From: a bacterium
GTDB taxonomy: Bacteria > Spirochaetota > Spirochaetia > Treponematales > Rectinemataceae
Assembly (NCBI GenBank): GCA_021779995.1
Contig: JAJXZP010000146.1
Coordinates: forward strand, 8,202 to 72,201
Direction of reading: 5' to 3'
Length of the DNA: 64,000 nucleotides
Shown: one piece after another, positions 35,783 to 44,613 of the stretch
How the letters are laid out: each line of letters starts with the position of its first letter
Numbering within the stretch: position 1 is the stretch's first letter
Program-made: the position numbers and the translations under genes
Notes under the pieces: generated by a model
What the model was told of the DNA's origin: nothing
Seen by the model: the letters and a program-made list of their open reading frames with translations, nothing else
Database searches by the model: none

Positions 35783-37276
35783 GTGAAGCGCTGCCTTCGT
35801 TTCCTCGCGCGGGGCCGGGTTCTTCGATGTGTCGCGGTTCTGGTTGCGGCGCTCTGCCGTCTCGGATGGCCGGAACCCGTTGGGGCTCAGGCGGTTGCGG
35901 GGTCGGCGGATGCGAGCGTCCGAGCCGCGGATACCGGCGTCGCCGCGGGCGTCCCCGCCGCTTCCGCCGCCGACCGGCGCGAGTTCGTCATCCGGTCCAT
36001 AGCCTGGACCATCGAAGGAAGGGTCGATCGGGCCTTCGTCTCTGCCGTGGCCGGCATCGAGACGGGCAAGGCTTTCGAGAGTCGGCGAGCGCTCGACGCC
36101 TACCTGGCGGATCGCGCGCAGCGCCTTTACAACCTGCGGCTTTTCGACGAGGTCGGGATCGAGCCGGCTGTCGGCGCTCCGACCGAGGCCGGCGGCCCCG
36201 AGGCCGTGGACCTCGTCGTCCGCCTGCGCGAGTCGGGCACGCTCATCGTGCTTCCGGGGCTGAGCCAAGATCCGACCGAGGGGCTCGTGCTGGACGCGAT
36301 GCTCCTGCGCTACGATGTCGAGGGCCGCGGCGGCGAGCTCGATCTGGGACTGGCGCGATCCTGGCCGCCCGGAGCCGCGCCGGAAACCGCCGGGAGCGCC
36401 GCGTATTCGCTGCCATTCTACACGGGGCCGCTCGAGTGGCAGGGTTCGGCGACTGCGGTGCCTGCCGTGGCCGACGATGGCCGGGCTACGCTCGCGGCCG
36501 AAGCCTCGCTCGGCGTAGCCCTGCCTTTGTACGATGGCGGCGGGCCGGACCAGGTGCTGCTCGTGCCTTCGATCGCCGCGGCGGGAGACTGGGCCGCCGC
36601 GGGCGCGGCGGCGCTGAGTCCGGGCCTGGCTCTCCGCTTCGGCCGCGTCGACTGGCTGGAGAATCGTCGGCGCGGCTTCCTGGTCGAGGCGGGTGTCGTG
36701 GGGAATCGGCAAGGCGTGTCCGCACCGGGGGTGGCGGCGTCCGGGATACCGGCGTCGCCCGCTCCCGCCGCTCCCCTCTACTCGGCCGACGCCGGCTTCT
36801 ATCTCCCGATCGGGGCAGGCGGCGAGTTCATGGGCCGCTCCGGCGCGCTCGTGAGTCCGGGCGCGTCCGAGTGCGGCCTGCAAACCGCGGTTCGAGGCGT
36901 CGATCCCGGTCGCCTCGCCGGCGATGCGGGTCTGTACGCGAACTTCGACTACTGGTGGAATCTGGGCCCCTTCGTGTTCTCGAAATGGTTTCACATGAGC
37001 TGGCTCAGCATTTTCGACGCCGAGGTGCATGCCGGGCCCTTTGTCGACGTCGGGATTCCCCGCGATCCGTCTGCGGGCGATTTCGATCTCCGCGGCGGGC
37101 GCGTCGGCACGGGCCTCCAGGTGCAGAGCTATGCCCTCTATGCGCGGCCCTTTTATTTATACACGTCGATAGGCGTAGACCTTCGCGCCGCGATCGCGTC
37201 GGGGACGGTTTTGGGTCTTGCGGCGGATGGCTTGCCGATTGCGGTTCTGACTTCGGCCGTCGGCGTTCGCTACTGA
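35783..37276 (+). CDS. Putative outer-membrane protein with POTRA-like N-terminal domain (BamA/surface-antigen-like)
   Basis: 497-aa ORF with a GTG start and a signal-like N-terminus. The FVIRSIAWTIEGRV...ETGKAFESRRALDAYL..RLYNLRLFDEV pattern resembles POTRA. The remainder is Gly/Ala/aromatic-rich and barrel-like. Confidence 0.5.
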   Translation: MKRCLRFLARGRVLRCVAVLVAALCRLGWPEPVGAQAVAGSADASVRAADTGVAAGVPAASAADRREFVIRSIAWTIEGRVDRAFVSAVAGIETGKAFESRRALDAYLADRAQRLYNLRLFDEVGIEPAVGAPTEAGGPEAVDLVVRLRESGTLIVLPGLSQDPTEGLVLDAMLLRYDVEGRGGELDLGLARSWPPGAAPETAGSAAYSLPFYTGPLEWQGSATAVPAVADDGRATLAAEASLGVALPLYDGGGPDQVLLVPSIAAAGDWAAAGAAALSPGLALRFGRVDWLENRRRGFLVEAGVVGNRQGVSAPGVAASGIPASPAPAAPLYSADAGFYLPIGAGGEFMGRSGALVSPGASECGLQTAVRGVDPGRLAGDAGLYANFDYWWNLGPFVFSKWFHMSWLSIFDAEVHAGPFVDVGIPRDPSAGDFDLRGGRVGTGLQVQSYALYARPFYLYTSIGVDLRAAIASGTVLGLAADGLPIAVLTSAVGVRY

Positions 37277-37319
37277 GGTCTTCGAAGGGCGGATTCGCCG
37301 TTCGGCGAGGGGGTGGATC

Positions 37320-37859
37320 GTGTCGTTTTCTTTCAGGGCGGCTTCGCTCGACGGTCTCGTCGTGATCGAGCCGCGGCGCTTCGACGACGATCGCGGCTTT
37401 TTCATGGAGACCTACAAGGAGTCCGAGTTCGCCGCGGCCGGCATAGCCGAACGCTTTGTTCAAGACAATCACTCGCACTCGAGGAAGGGCGTGCTCCGCG
37501 GTCTGCACTACCAGTCCGAACCGAAGGCCCAGGGCAAGCTGCTGCGGGTCGTCTCCGGCCGGGTTTGGCACGTCGCCGTCGACCTGCGCCCCTCCTCGCC
37601 GACCTACGCGAAGTGGCAGGGCTTCGAGCTTTCGGCCGAGAATCGGCTGATGCTCTATCTTCCGCCCGGCTTCGCCCACGGCTTTCTCGCCTTAAGCGAG
37701 GCGGTCGACCTGGTCTACAAGTGCACGGCGGAATATGATCCGGCGCAGGAGGGCGGCCTGCGCTGGGACGACCCCGAGCTGGCCATAGCTTGGCCTTTTC
37801 GCGACGTCGTCGTGTCCGACAGGGACGCGGCCTGGCCTCGGCTGACCCGGCGGCGCTGA
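37320..37859 (+). CDS. rmlC: dTDP-4-dehydrorhamnose 3,5-epimerase
   Basis: 179-aa ORF. FDDDRGFFMETY, GVLRGLHYQ, QGKLLRVVSGRVWHVAVDLR and PPGFAHGF are present. Confidence 0.9.
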   Translation: MSFSFRAASLDGLVVIEPRRFDDDRGFFMETYKESEFAAAGIAERFVQDNHSHSRKGVLRGLHYQSEPKAQGKLLRVVSGRVWHVAVDLRPSSPTYAKWQGFELSAENRLMLYLPPGFAHGFLALSEAVDLVYKCTAEYDPAQEGGLRWDDPELAIAWPFRDVVVSDRDAAWPRLTRRR

Positions 37860-37910
37860 GCGACACGCATCCTGCGCGGCCGATCCGATCGAAGCGGGAG
37901 GTTCCATCAG

Positions 37911-38882
37911 ATGCCAGACACTATGGTCAGAGGAGAATCCTTCTCCGGATGCGCGGTTTCCTGTAGGCCGGTCCCGGGCCTGCGCCTCGCGCTACTTGTC
38001 TGCGCGCTCGCCGCGCCGTTTTTCGCGCCCAGTTCGGCGTACGCCGTTCCCTTCGTGGACCGAGGCATCGTGCCCGACCCCTTGAGCCGCAGGATCGAGG
38101 GTGAGGGCGGATTCCTCCAAAGCAGCTCGGGATGGGGCGAGTTCTCGAACTACCTCGCTTCGAGCGACGGCGAGCATGCCTGGGACGCGAAGCTCGGCGC
38201 CTCGGTGGAGGTCTTTCGTTTACGCAATCTCTGGTCAGTTGATATCGGCAGCGATGTCGAGCTGGTGGCCAGCCCGAACGACGACATCCATTTCAAGCCG
38301 CGGGTCTTCTATTGGCAGGAGTCGCTTTTCGTCATGCGGCGCTGGAAGGCGGTCGACTGGGGCATAGGGTATTACCACCGCTGCCGGCACGACATTGATA
38401 ATCTGGATGAGTATGAAATGTTCAATGGGGAAAAACTCGAGCGCGTGTGCATCTACGACAGCGTCACGCTCCGGGCCTATCCCGATCCGATCGGGTGGAA
38501 CTGGGGCGGCGGCGCGTCGGGTTCGGCCCGGCTCACCCTGGACGAGCACGCCTACGTCCTCCGGCAGGACAGTTTCGACAACTCGGGCGCCGATCCACTC
38601 ACGCTCAATAACCTTCTGGACACCGTGGCGCTGGGTCTTGAGACCGAGCCCTTCCGGCGCGGGATGGTGGGCTGGTATCTCAATTTCAAGGAATACACCG
38701 ACATCTACAATTCCGGCGGCCTTGTCCTGTCCGCCGATATCCTGGCCGAGACGGGCCTGAGGTTCCACGGCGCCGGTGCGGCCTTCGATGTCTTCCTGCG
38801 CTTCGAACACTTCGCCGAGACCCTCATGGACCCCTGGCGCCAGGAGGGCGACTACCTGAGCCTCGGGCTCAGGCTGGAATGA
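37911..38882 (+). CDS. Hypothetical exported/outer-membrane protein
   Basis: 323-aa ORF with a signal-like segment (LRLALLVCALAAPFFAPSSAYA) and aromatic-rich composition. I recognise no family. Confidence 0.5.
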   Translation: MPDTMVRGESFSGCAVSCRPVPGLRLALLVCALAAPFFAPSSAYAVPFVDRGIVPDPLSRRIEGEGGFLQSSSGWGEFSNYLASSDGEHAWDAKLGASVEVFRLRNLWSVDIGSDVELVASPNDDIHFKPRVFYWQESLFVMRRWKAVDWGIGYYHRCRHDIDNLDEYEMFNGEKLERVCIYDSVTLRAYPDPIGWNWGGGASGSARLTLDEHAYVLRQDSFDNSGADPLTLNNLLDTVALGLETEPFRRGMVGWYLNFKEYTDIYNSGGLVLSADILAETGLRFHGAGAAFDVFLRFEHFAETLMDPWRQEGDYLSLGLRLE

Positions 38883-39114
38883 AAAGGCCGCGCTCCGAGG
38901 GCGCTCAGGCAGAGAAGGCCCGACAAGGACGAGAGCTGTAGATGGCCGCTGCATGCGCATTCTTTTTGGCGAAGAGCGCCAGGTGGCCACACTGTATCAC
39001 GCACGTCCCCGGCATTTTCAACTTTGGAGATATTTGAGTCGATGCGCCAGCCACTATTCTTCATACCCTACCCAATAGTTGACAGGGCGCGCCGCGGGGC
39101 CCACTATTTATAAT

Positions 39115-40500
39115 ATGCAGAGTGTCTTGCCCATCGTCGTCGTCGTGGTAGTTCTCCTGGCCTTCGCCCTTTTGCTGATATTCCTCGTCTCGGCCCGCAA
39201 GGGGCAGGCGGGCGGAAAGGGCAGGAAACTCAAGACCAAGGACAAGACTCAAATCGTCAAGGAAGCCAATCGGCGGCTGGCCGCGAATCCCAAGGACGTC
39301 GAGGCGCTCGCCGCTTTGGGCGATCTGGCCTGGAGCGAGCAGGACTGGGAGCGGGCGTTCAAGCTCTACGAGTCCTTGGCCGAGGCGGGGGCCGGCAATC
39401 CCGAGGTCGACGAGTTCCGCGCCAATTCGCGCTATGCCATCGCGGCCATACGGCTCAATCGCTTCGATGAGGCCTACAAGGGCCTGGTGGTCGCCCGGAC
39501 CATCAAGCAGGACGACTTCGACGTCAATTTCAATCTGGGGTATCTCGAGTTCCAGAAGCGGGCTTTCGAAAAGGCGCTGGCCCTCCTCAAGCAGGCCATG
39601 CTGCAGAACCCCGAGCACCCGCTCATGCTCCGGTACCTCGGACATTCCTACTTCAAATTGAAGGCCTACAAAGAAGCGCTCGGCGTCCTGCGCAAGGCGA
39701 TCGACCTGCAGCCGGACGACAAGGAATCGCTGTTCGCGGCCGCCGAGTGCTACTACGAACTCGGGAACCTCGATCAGTCCTTGAAAATATTCACTCACCT
39801 GCGCGCCGATCCCCAGCTCGGGCCGTCGGCCGCGCTTTTCGCCGGCTCGGTCCACCTGAACCAGCGGCTCTACGACCGCGCCATCGACGATTTCGAGATC
39901 GGACTCAAGCACCCGAACATGAAGATCGAGACGATGGTGGAGCTCAAGTATCGGCTGGCCGCGGCCTACTTGAAGACGCAGGACATCGGCAAGGCGGTGT
40001 CCCTGCTCGGCGAGGTGCAAATCGCCTACCCCAACTACAAGGACGTGCCGGCCCTGCTTGCCAAGTACAAGGAGCTGAACTCGAATCGCAACCTGCAGAC
40101 GTTTCTCCTGGGGGCGACGAGCGATTTCGTGACGCTCTGCCGCAAGATCGCGTTGACCTTCTTCCCCAAGGCGAAGGTGAAGATCACGGATATCTCGGTC
40201 CAGGCCAACGATTGGGCGGACGTGCTCGCCGAGGTCGAGACGGCGCGCTGGCAAGACGTGGTGCTCTTCCGCTTCATCCGCTCGCAAGGCACGGTGGGAG
40301 AGCTCGCCGTGCGCGACTTCCACGCGCGGGTCAAGGACCTGAAGGCCGGCAAGGGCTACTGCATCTCGGCGGGCACCTTCACCGACGAGGCGCGCCGCTT
40401 CGTCGAGGCGCGGCTCATCGACCTCATCGAGAAGCAGAATCTCATGAACCTGCTCAATACGATCGACTCCCGGGCCAAGGGCTTCCTGACGGAGGGCTGA
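39115..40500 (+). CDS. Membrane-anchored TPR-repeat protein with C-terminal Mrr_cat-like (restriction-endonuclease-fold) domain
   Basis: N-terminal TM segment MQSVLPIVVVVVVLLAFALLLIFLV and several TPR-like repeats. The C-terminus (WADVLAEVE..VVLFRFIRSQGTVGELAVRDFHARVKDLKAGKGYCISAGTFTDEARRF) resembles the Mrr catalytic domain. There is no Shine-Dalgarno sequence, and TATTTATAAT lies directly upstream of the ATG. Confidence 0.65.
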   Translation: MQSVLPIVVVVVVLLAFALLLIFLVSARKGQAGGKGRKLKTKDKTQIVKEANRRLAANPKDVEALAALGDLAWSEQDWERAFKLYESLAEAGAGNPEVDEFRANSRYAIAAIRLNRFDEAYKGLVVARTIKQDDFDVNFNLGYLEFQKRAFEKALALLKQAMLQNPEHPLMLRYLGHSYFKLKAYKEALGVLRKAIDLQPDDKESLFAAAECYYELGNLDQSLKIFTHLRADPQLGPSAALFAGSVHLNQRLYDRAIDDFEIGLKHPNMKIETMVELKYRLAAAYLKTQDIGKAVSLLGEVQIAYPNYKDVPALLAKYKELNSNRNLQTFLLGATSDFVTLCRKIALTFFPKAKVKITDISVQANDWADVLAEVETARWQDVVLFRFIRSQGTVGELAVRDFHARVKDLKAGKGYCISAGTFTDEARRFVEARLIDLIEKQNLMNLLNTIDSRAKGFLTEG

Positions 40501-40555
40501 GGCGGGCCGGGCCGGCCGGAGCGTTCGTCCTCCCGTGCGCCTGCGTGCGCCGCAT

Positions 40556-41245
40556 CTATGCCGGTCGCAGGACCACGAGGCAGCGCTCTTCCGCGAGGAA
40601 GGGCACCGAGAGCGGCTCGATGCGCGCCTCGGAGAATAGTCCCTCGATGGCGTCCAGCTCGGCCTCGGCCCGTTCGCGCTTGCCCTTGTAGGCGGCGACC
40701 ATGCCGTCCGGCTCGCAGAGCGCGAAGACGCGCTTGAAGAGCTTGCGCTCGAAGGGCCGGAAGGCGCGGAAGGTCACGAGGTCATAGCGGCCCGGGGTGC
40801 GCTCGACCTCCGACTCGACTATCGTCACATTGCGAAGACCAAGGGAGACCTTCTGGTTTTCGAGGAAGCGAATGCGCTTGCCCATGCGGTCCACGAGAGT
40901 CACGTCGAGTGCGCTCAGGGCGAGGGCGAGCGGGATGCCGGGGAGGCCGGCACCGGTGCCGAGGTCGGCCAGGCTGAGGCGCGGCGGACTCAGGCCGAAG
41001 GCGGCCCGCGAGCCGCGGGCCGCGGCGATCTCGGCCGCGAGGGCGCGGATGAGGTCGAGCGGAGCGAGGCTGTCGAGGATGTGCTTGACGACCAGATCGT
41101 CGCCCGAGGCTCCCACGAGACCGTAGGCGGGATTCCAGGCTTCAATGTCCGCGAGGTATCGGGAGAGCTTGTCTCGCAGCTCTCCCGCGAAGGGCAGGCC
41201 GAGAGCCTCGAGGCCGCGGTCGAGCAGGTGTGTGGAGGATTCCAT
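40556..41245 (-). CDS. rsmG: 16S rRNA (guanine527-N7)-methyltransferase
   Basis: YGLVGASGDDLVVKHILDSL, DLGTGAGLPGIPLAL and the VTFRAF context are present. The start is at MESSTH (41245); the longer ORF-track frame is rejected. Confidence 0.85.
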   Translation of the reverse strand: MESSTHLLDRGLEALGLPFAGELRDKLSRYLADIEAWNPAYGLVGASGDDLVVKHILDSLAPLDLIRALAAEIAAARGSRAAFGLSPPRLSLADLGTGAGLPGIPLALALSALDVTLVDRMGKRIRFLENQKVSLGLRNVTIVESEVERTPGRYDLVTFRAFRPFERKLFKRVFALCEPDGMVAAYKGKRERAEAELDAIEGLFSEARIEPLSVPFLAEERCLVVLRPA

Positions 41246-41334
41246 CGCGGGGAGTGTAGCGCCGCAGCGGCGGCCGCGTCGATACCGACGGCCTGCCGAA
41301 GGGCCGGCATCGACGGCGCGACGTCCGGGGAGGT

Positions 41335-41682
41335 TTACGTGCCGGCCTTCGAGAGCTGTCGGTAGAGTTCGTCGGCGAGACCGAGATTGGCGTTCTTGGC
41401 CAGGGTGGACGAGTATTGATCGTCGAGCATGTCCTGGTAGATCTCCTCTGCCCAGCCGCCCGAGATGATGCCCTTCTTGTCCACCGTCTTGCGCATCTCG
41501 GAGAGCATCATCTTGGCGAAGATGGCCTCGAACTGCTGGCACTCTTTGTAGAGCTTGCCCTTCTTGTTCACGGCCGAGGTGTCGGCGACGTGGGCGCCGG
41601 TGCCCTGGACCTGCGGCATGCCGCCGGGGGGAAGCAGGGCCTGGTTGCGGAAGTAGAAGTCTCCGAGATCCGTGATGTTCAC
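41335..41682 (-). CDS. Flagellar rod-binding protein (FlgJ N-terminal domain-like)
   Basis: 115-aa ORF with a GTG start. CQQFEAIFAKMMLSEMRKT...LGLADELYRQL matches the Rod_binding/FlgJ N-domain pattern. Confidence 0.75.
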   Translation of the reverse strand: MNITDLGDFYFRNQALLPPGGMPQVQGTGAHVADTSAVNKKGKLYKECQQFEAIFAKMMLSEMRKTVDKKGIISGGWAEEIYQDMLDDQYSSTLAKNANLGLADELYRQLSKAGT

Positions 41683-41692
41683 GCTTCAATCC

Positions 41693-41802
41693 TTATCGCT
41701 TGAGCTGGGTCGCCGTGCCGTCGTCGCGGCGCGGGCGCCGAAGGCCCTTATCGCTTGAGCTGGGTCGCCGTGCCGTCGTCACGGCGCGGGCGCCGAAAGC
41801 CC
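41693..41802 (-). repeat. Two tandem 55-nt copies duplicating the last 28 nt of flgG (including a stop codon) plus 27 nt of spacer
   Basis: 41693-41747 and 41748-41802 differ at 2 positions. Both begin TTATCGCTTGAGCTGGGTCGCCGTGCCG, against the gene end TTACCGCTTGAGCTGGGTCGCCGTGCCG at 41803. Each spacer carries the hairpin CGCCGTG/CACGGCG. Confidence 0.9.
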
Positions 41803-42597
41803 TTACCGCTTGAGCTGGGTCGCCGTGCCGAGCATGTTGTCGCTGGTCTGGATGGCCTTGGAGTTGAACTCGTAGGCGCGCTGGGCGACGATCATGTTGA
41901 CCATCTCGCGGACGACCGAGACGTTGGACATTTCGAGGAACTTATGGATGGTCTGGCCCATGCCGTTGTAGCCGGGTTGACCCGCGATGGGGTTGCCCGA
42001 GGCGTTCGTGAGCTTGAAGAGGTTGTCGCCGACGGCGCTGAGGCCCTCGGGGTTCGGGAAACGGTAGAGCTCGAGCTGGCCGACCTGGATGGGCGTGTCG
42101 CGACCGGGAACTTTGACGCTGACGCGGCCGTCCTGGGAGATGGCGAGGGTGTCGGGTATGAAGCCCTGGGGGAGGGTCAGGCCGGGCATGAGCCGATAGC
42201 CGTTGGCGGTGACGAACTGGCCGTTCGAGTCGATCTTGAAGGAGCCGTCGCGGGTGTAGCCGTAGCTGCCGTCGTAGGTCATGACGCGGAAGAAGCCGTC
42301 GCCGGAGATGGCGATGTCGGAGATGTTGCCGGTGTTCTCCAGGGAGCCCTGGACGAAGTCGCGCTGGGTGTCGGCGAGCTTGACGCCGTGGCCCATCTGG
42401 ATGGGCACGGGCACGACGGTGTCCTCGGTGGCGGGAGTGCCGGCCACGCGCTCGGTCTGGTAGATGAGGTCCTCGAAGTCGGCCCGGGTCTTCTTGAAGC
42501 CCGTGGTGTTCACGTTGGCCAGGTTGTTCGATATCGTGTCGATGTTCGCCTGCTGTCCGATCATGCCGCTCGCGGCGGACCAAAGACTCTGAACCAT
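41803..42597 (-). CDS. flgG: Flagellar basal-body rod protein FlgG
   Basis: 264-aa ORF. MVQSLWSAASGMIGQQANIDTISNNLANVNTTGFKK at the N-terminus and the C-terminal MIVAQRAYEFNSKAIQTSDNML. Confidence 0.95.
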   Translation of the reverse strand: MVQSLWSAASGMIGQQANIDTISNNLANVNTTGFKKTRADFEDLIYQTERVAGTPATEDTVVPVPIQMGHGVKLADTQRDFVQGSLENTGNISDIAISGDGFFRVMTYDGSYGYTRDGSFKIDSNGQFVTANGYRLMPGLTLPQGFIPDTLAISQDGRVSVKVPGRDTPIQVGQLELYRFPNPEGLSAVGDNLFKLTNASGNPIAGQPGYNGMGQTIHKFLEMSNVSVVREMVNMIVAQRAYEFNSKAIQTSDNMLGTATQLKR

Positions 42598-42669
42598 GCT
42601 ATTCCTCCGTCGGCCGGCTCGAGGCGGCGATCCGCCCCCGCGCTGGCTGCGCGATACTGTCTAGGCGCT

Positions 42670-43518
42670 TCACACGCGCACGACTTCGTTGATGAGTTTG
42701 CCGAGCATGGAGTCCTCGGACTGGATGGTCTTCTGGTTGGCTTCGTAGGCCCGGTTGACTTCGATCATCTGCACCATCTCGATGACCGGGTTGACGTTGC
42801 TCGACTCGACGAAGCCCTGGAAGACCTGGGGCCTATGTCCTTTGGCCATGATCGCCGCGTCGCCCGAGTTCTCGGTGGAGCGCCAGAGGTTCGAGCCCTG
42901 CTTGGCGAGGAAACGGTCTTTCTTGAAGTCGACGATTTTCAGCGTATCGAGCTTTTTGAGCTTGTCCCAGGTGTTTTCCTCGCGGGAGACGAGGCGATAC
43001 GGGTCGTTCTGGAAGGTTCCGTTGATGTAGACGTTGCCGTCCTTGTCGATCTTGAAGTTGTTGGCCTTGACCTGGATGGGGCCCTTCTCGCCGAGCACCG
43101 GATAGCCGTCCTGGGTCTCGAGGTAGCCTTCCTTGCCGAGGACGAAGGAGCCGTTGCGGGTGTAGCGCTCGCCGTAGGGCGTCTGCACGGCTATGAAGCC
43201 CTTGCCGTCGAGGGCGACGTCGAAGTCGCTGCCGGTCTGCTTGAGGGAGCCTTGCTCGAACTCGGTGAAGAGTTCGTTGGTCTCGACGCCGGTGCCCAGC
43301 TTGCCGATTATGGGAGCCTGGTCGGAGGAGCCGAAGGGGTTGCGGGTGACGCCGTCGTCGTTGAACCGCCGCAAGAGGAGCTCGGCGAAGGCCTTGTGCA
43401 CGGCCACGTCGCGCTTGTAGCCGTCGGTGTCGACGTTGGCGAGATTGTTGGAAATGGCGTCGAGCCTGATCTGTTGGGCGATCATGCCGCTCGCGCCGGT
43501 GTAAAAGCCGCGTATCAC
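42670..43518 (-). CDS. flgF: Flagellar basal-body rod protein FlgF/FlhO-like
   Basis: 282-aa ORF with a GTG start and RBS GGAGCAGGAGGA. MIRGFYTGASGMIAQQIRLDAISNNLANVDTDGYKRD at the N-terminus and the C-terminal MIEVNRAYEANQKTIQ. Confidence 0.85.
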   Translation of the reverse strand: MIRGFYTGASGMIAQQIRLDAISNNLANVDTDGYKRDVAVHKAFAELLLRRFNDDGVTRNPFGSSDQAPIIGKLGTGVETNELFTEFEQGSLKQTGSDFDVALDGKGFIAVQTPYGERYTRNGSFVLGKEGYLETQDGYPVLGEKGPIQVKANNFKIDKDGNVYINGTFQNDPYRLVSREENTWDKLKKLDTLKIVDFKKDRFLAKQGSNLWRSTENSGDAAIMAKGHRPQVFQGFVESSNVNPVIEMVQMIEVNRAYEANQKTIQSEDSMLGKLINEVVRV

Positions 43519-43542
43519 TCTGGCCTTCCTCCTGCTCCTCTA

Positions 43543-43570
43543 TGTTCGGCGGGCAGGGGCGGCGGGTTTA
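43543..43570 (-). promoter_or_regulatory. Candidate sigma-28 (FliA)-type promoter upstream of flgF
   Basis: The minus strand reads TAAA, 16 nt, then GCCGAACA. The consensus is TAAA-N15-GCCGATAA. It lies about 25 nt upstream of the flgF RBS. Confidence 0.3.
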
Positions 43571-43651
43571 GTCGATTGCGGCCGCCGAACCGGAGGCGGG
43601 CTGGCGTCGGAGGAGGCCGGAGTTGAGGGCGCGGGGCGCCGCCAAGTTCCG

Positions 43652-44587
43652 TTATCCTACCCGCGGGAAGGGGCGGCGGTAGTAGTCCACGGCGCGGTTC
43701 ACGATGAAGCCCAGGGATGTGTAAAGCCCGAAGGCCTTCACATTGCCGCTCTCGACGTCGAGGACGATGGGAAGCCGGGAGCCGGAGAGGCGGCCCAGGG
43801 TCCACAGGATGAGGGCCTTGGCGATGCCTTTGCCGCGCTCAGCCGTGGCGACGCCGATGCCGTTCAGGGAGACGGCCGCGTCTTCGTGCGCGATGGAGCA
43901 GGCCGCGACGATCCTGTCCCCGAGCAGGGCGACGTGCTCCTTGCGCCTGGGTGAGGCGAAGGCCGCTCGTTGGATGCTCTCCGAGTCTTCGCGCGAGTCG
44001 CCGAAGGCATCCATCCGCAGCTCGACGAGCTCGGCCAGGCGCTCGGGGCCGACTTCGGCGAACTGTAGGCCCTGCGGTTCCGGGCGGGCGGCGACGCGCC
44101 GTTCGGCGGAGTCGGCCAGAGCGGCCGCGGCCGCGGCGTAGGTCATGCCGTACTCGGTGAAATCGAGCCGTGCCCCGAGCGAGAGGGCCGCGGCGGCTCC
44201 GGGGCTCGATCCCGGGGGCGCGCCCGGGACTTCGCCGGGGGCAGCGCCGCGGTCGCACACGAGGAGTTCGTCCGCGAAGCCGCAGGGCGAGAGCTCGCGC
44301 TCGGCTCGGGCGACGAGGGCCGAGAAAACGCCGCTTCTTCGCCGCGCGGGATGGACGAGGGCGGAGATTTCCGCTTCCTCCCTCCGGGGCGCGAATACGG
44401 AGAGAGCCCCGACGAGTTCCTCTCCTTCGACGGCGAAGAACCAGCTCTTCATCGCCGGGTCGAAATTGAGGGATTTTTCCATCTCGAGGAAGGCTGTACC
44501 GTCGATCGCCCTGCCGGCGGCCACGAGCGAGTGGAGCTCGGTTTCGCGCGCGGGCTCGATCGAGGAAGTCGCGAGGATGTCGATCAT
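43652..44587 (-). CDS. GNAT-family N-acetyltransferase with tandem GNAT domains
   Basis: The start is at MIDILATSS (44587). Two acetyl-CoA-binding-like segments are present (HPARRRSGVFSALV; GVATAERGKGIAKAL). The longer ORF 43652..45004 is rejected upstream of this Met. Confidence 0.7.
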   Translation of the reverse strand: MIDILATSSIEPARETELHSLVAAGRAIDGTAFLEMEKSLNFDPAMKSWFFAVEGEELVGALSVFAPRREEAEISALVHPARRRSGVFSALVARAERELSPCGFADELLVCDRGAAPGEVPGAPPGSSPGAAAALSLGARLDFTEYGMTYAAAAAALADSAERRVAARPEPQGLQFAEVGPERLAELVELRMDAFGDSREDSESIQRAAFASPRRKEHVALLGDRIVAACSIAHEDAAVSLNGIGVATAERGKGIAKALILWTLGRLSGSRLPIVLDVESGNVKAFGLYTSLGFIVNRAVDYYRRPFPRVG

Positions 44588-44613
44588 GGCTCTCCTTGAG
44601 GTGCGGGCGCTTG

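Noticed and set aside
41755-43626. 623-aa plus-strand ORF covering flgG and flgF
   Set aside because: It is antisense to two unmistakable flagellar rod genes. The product is low-complexity and G/V/A/D/E/L-rich.
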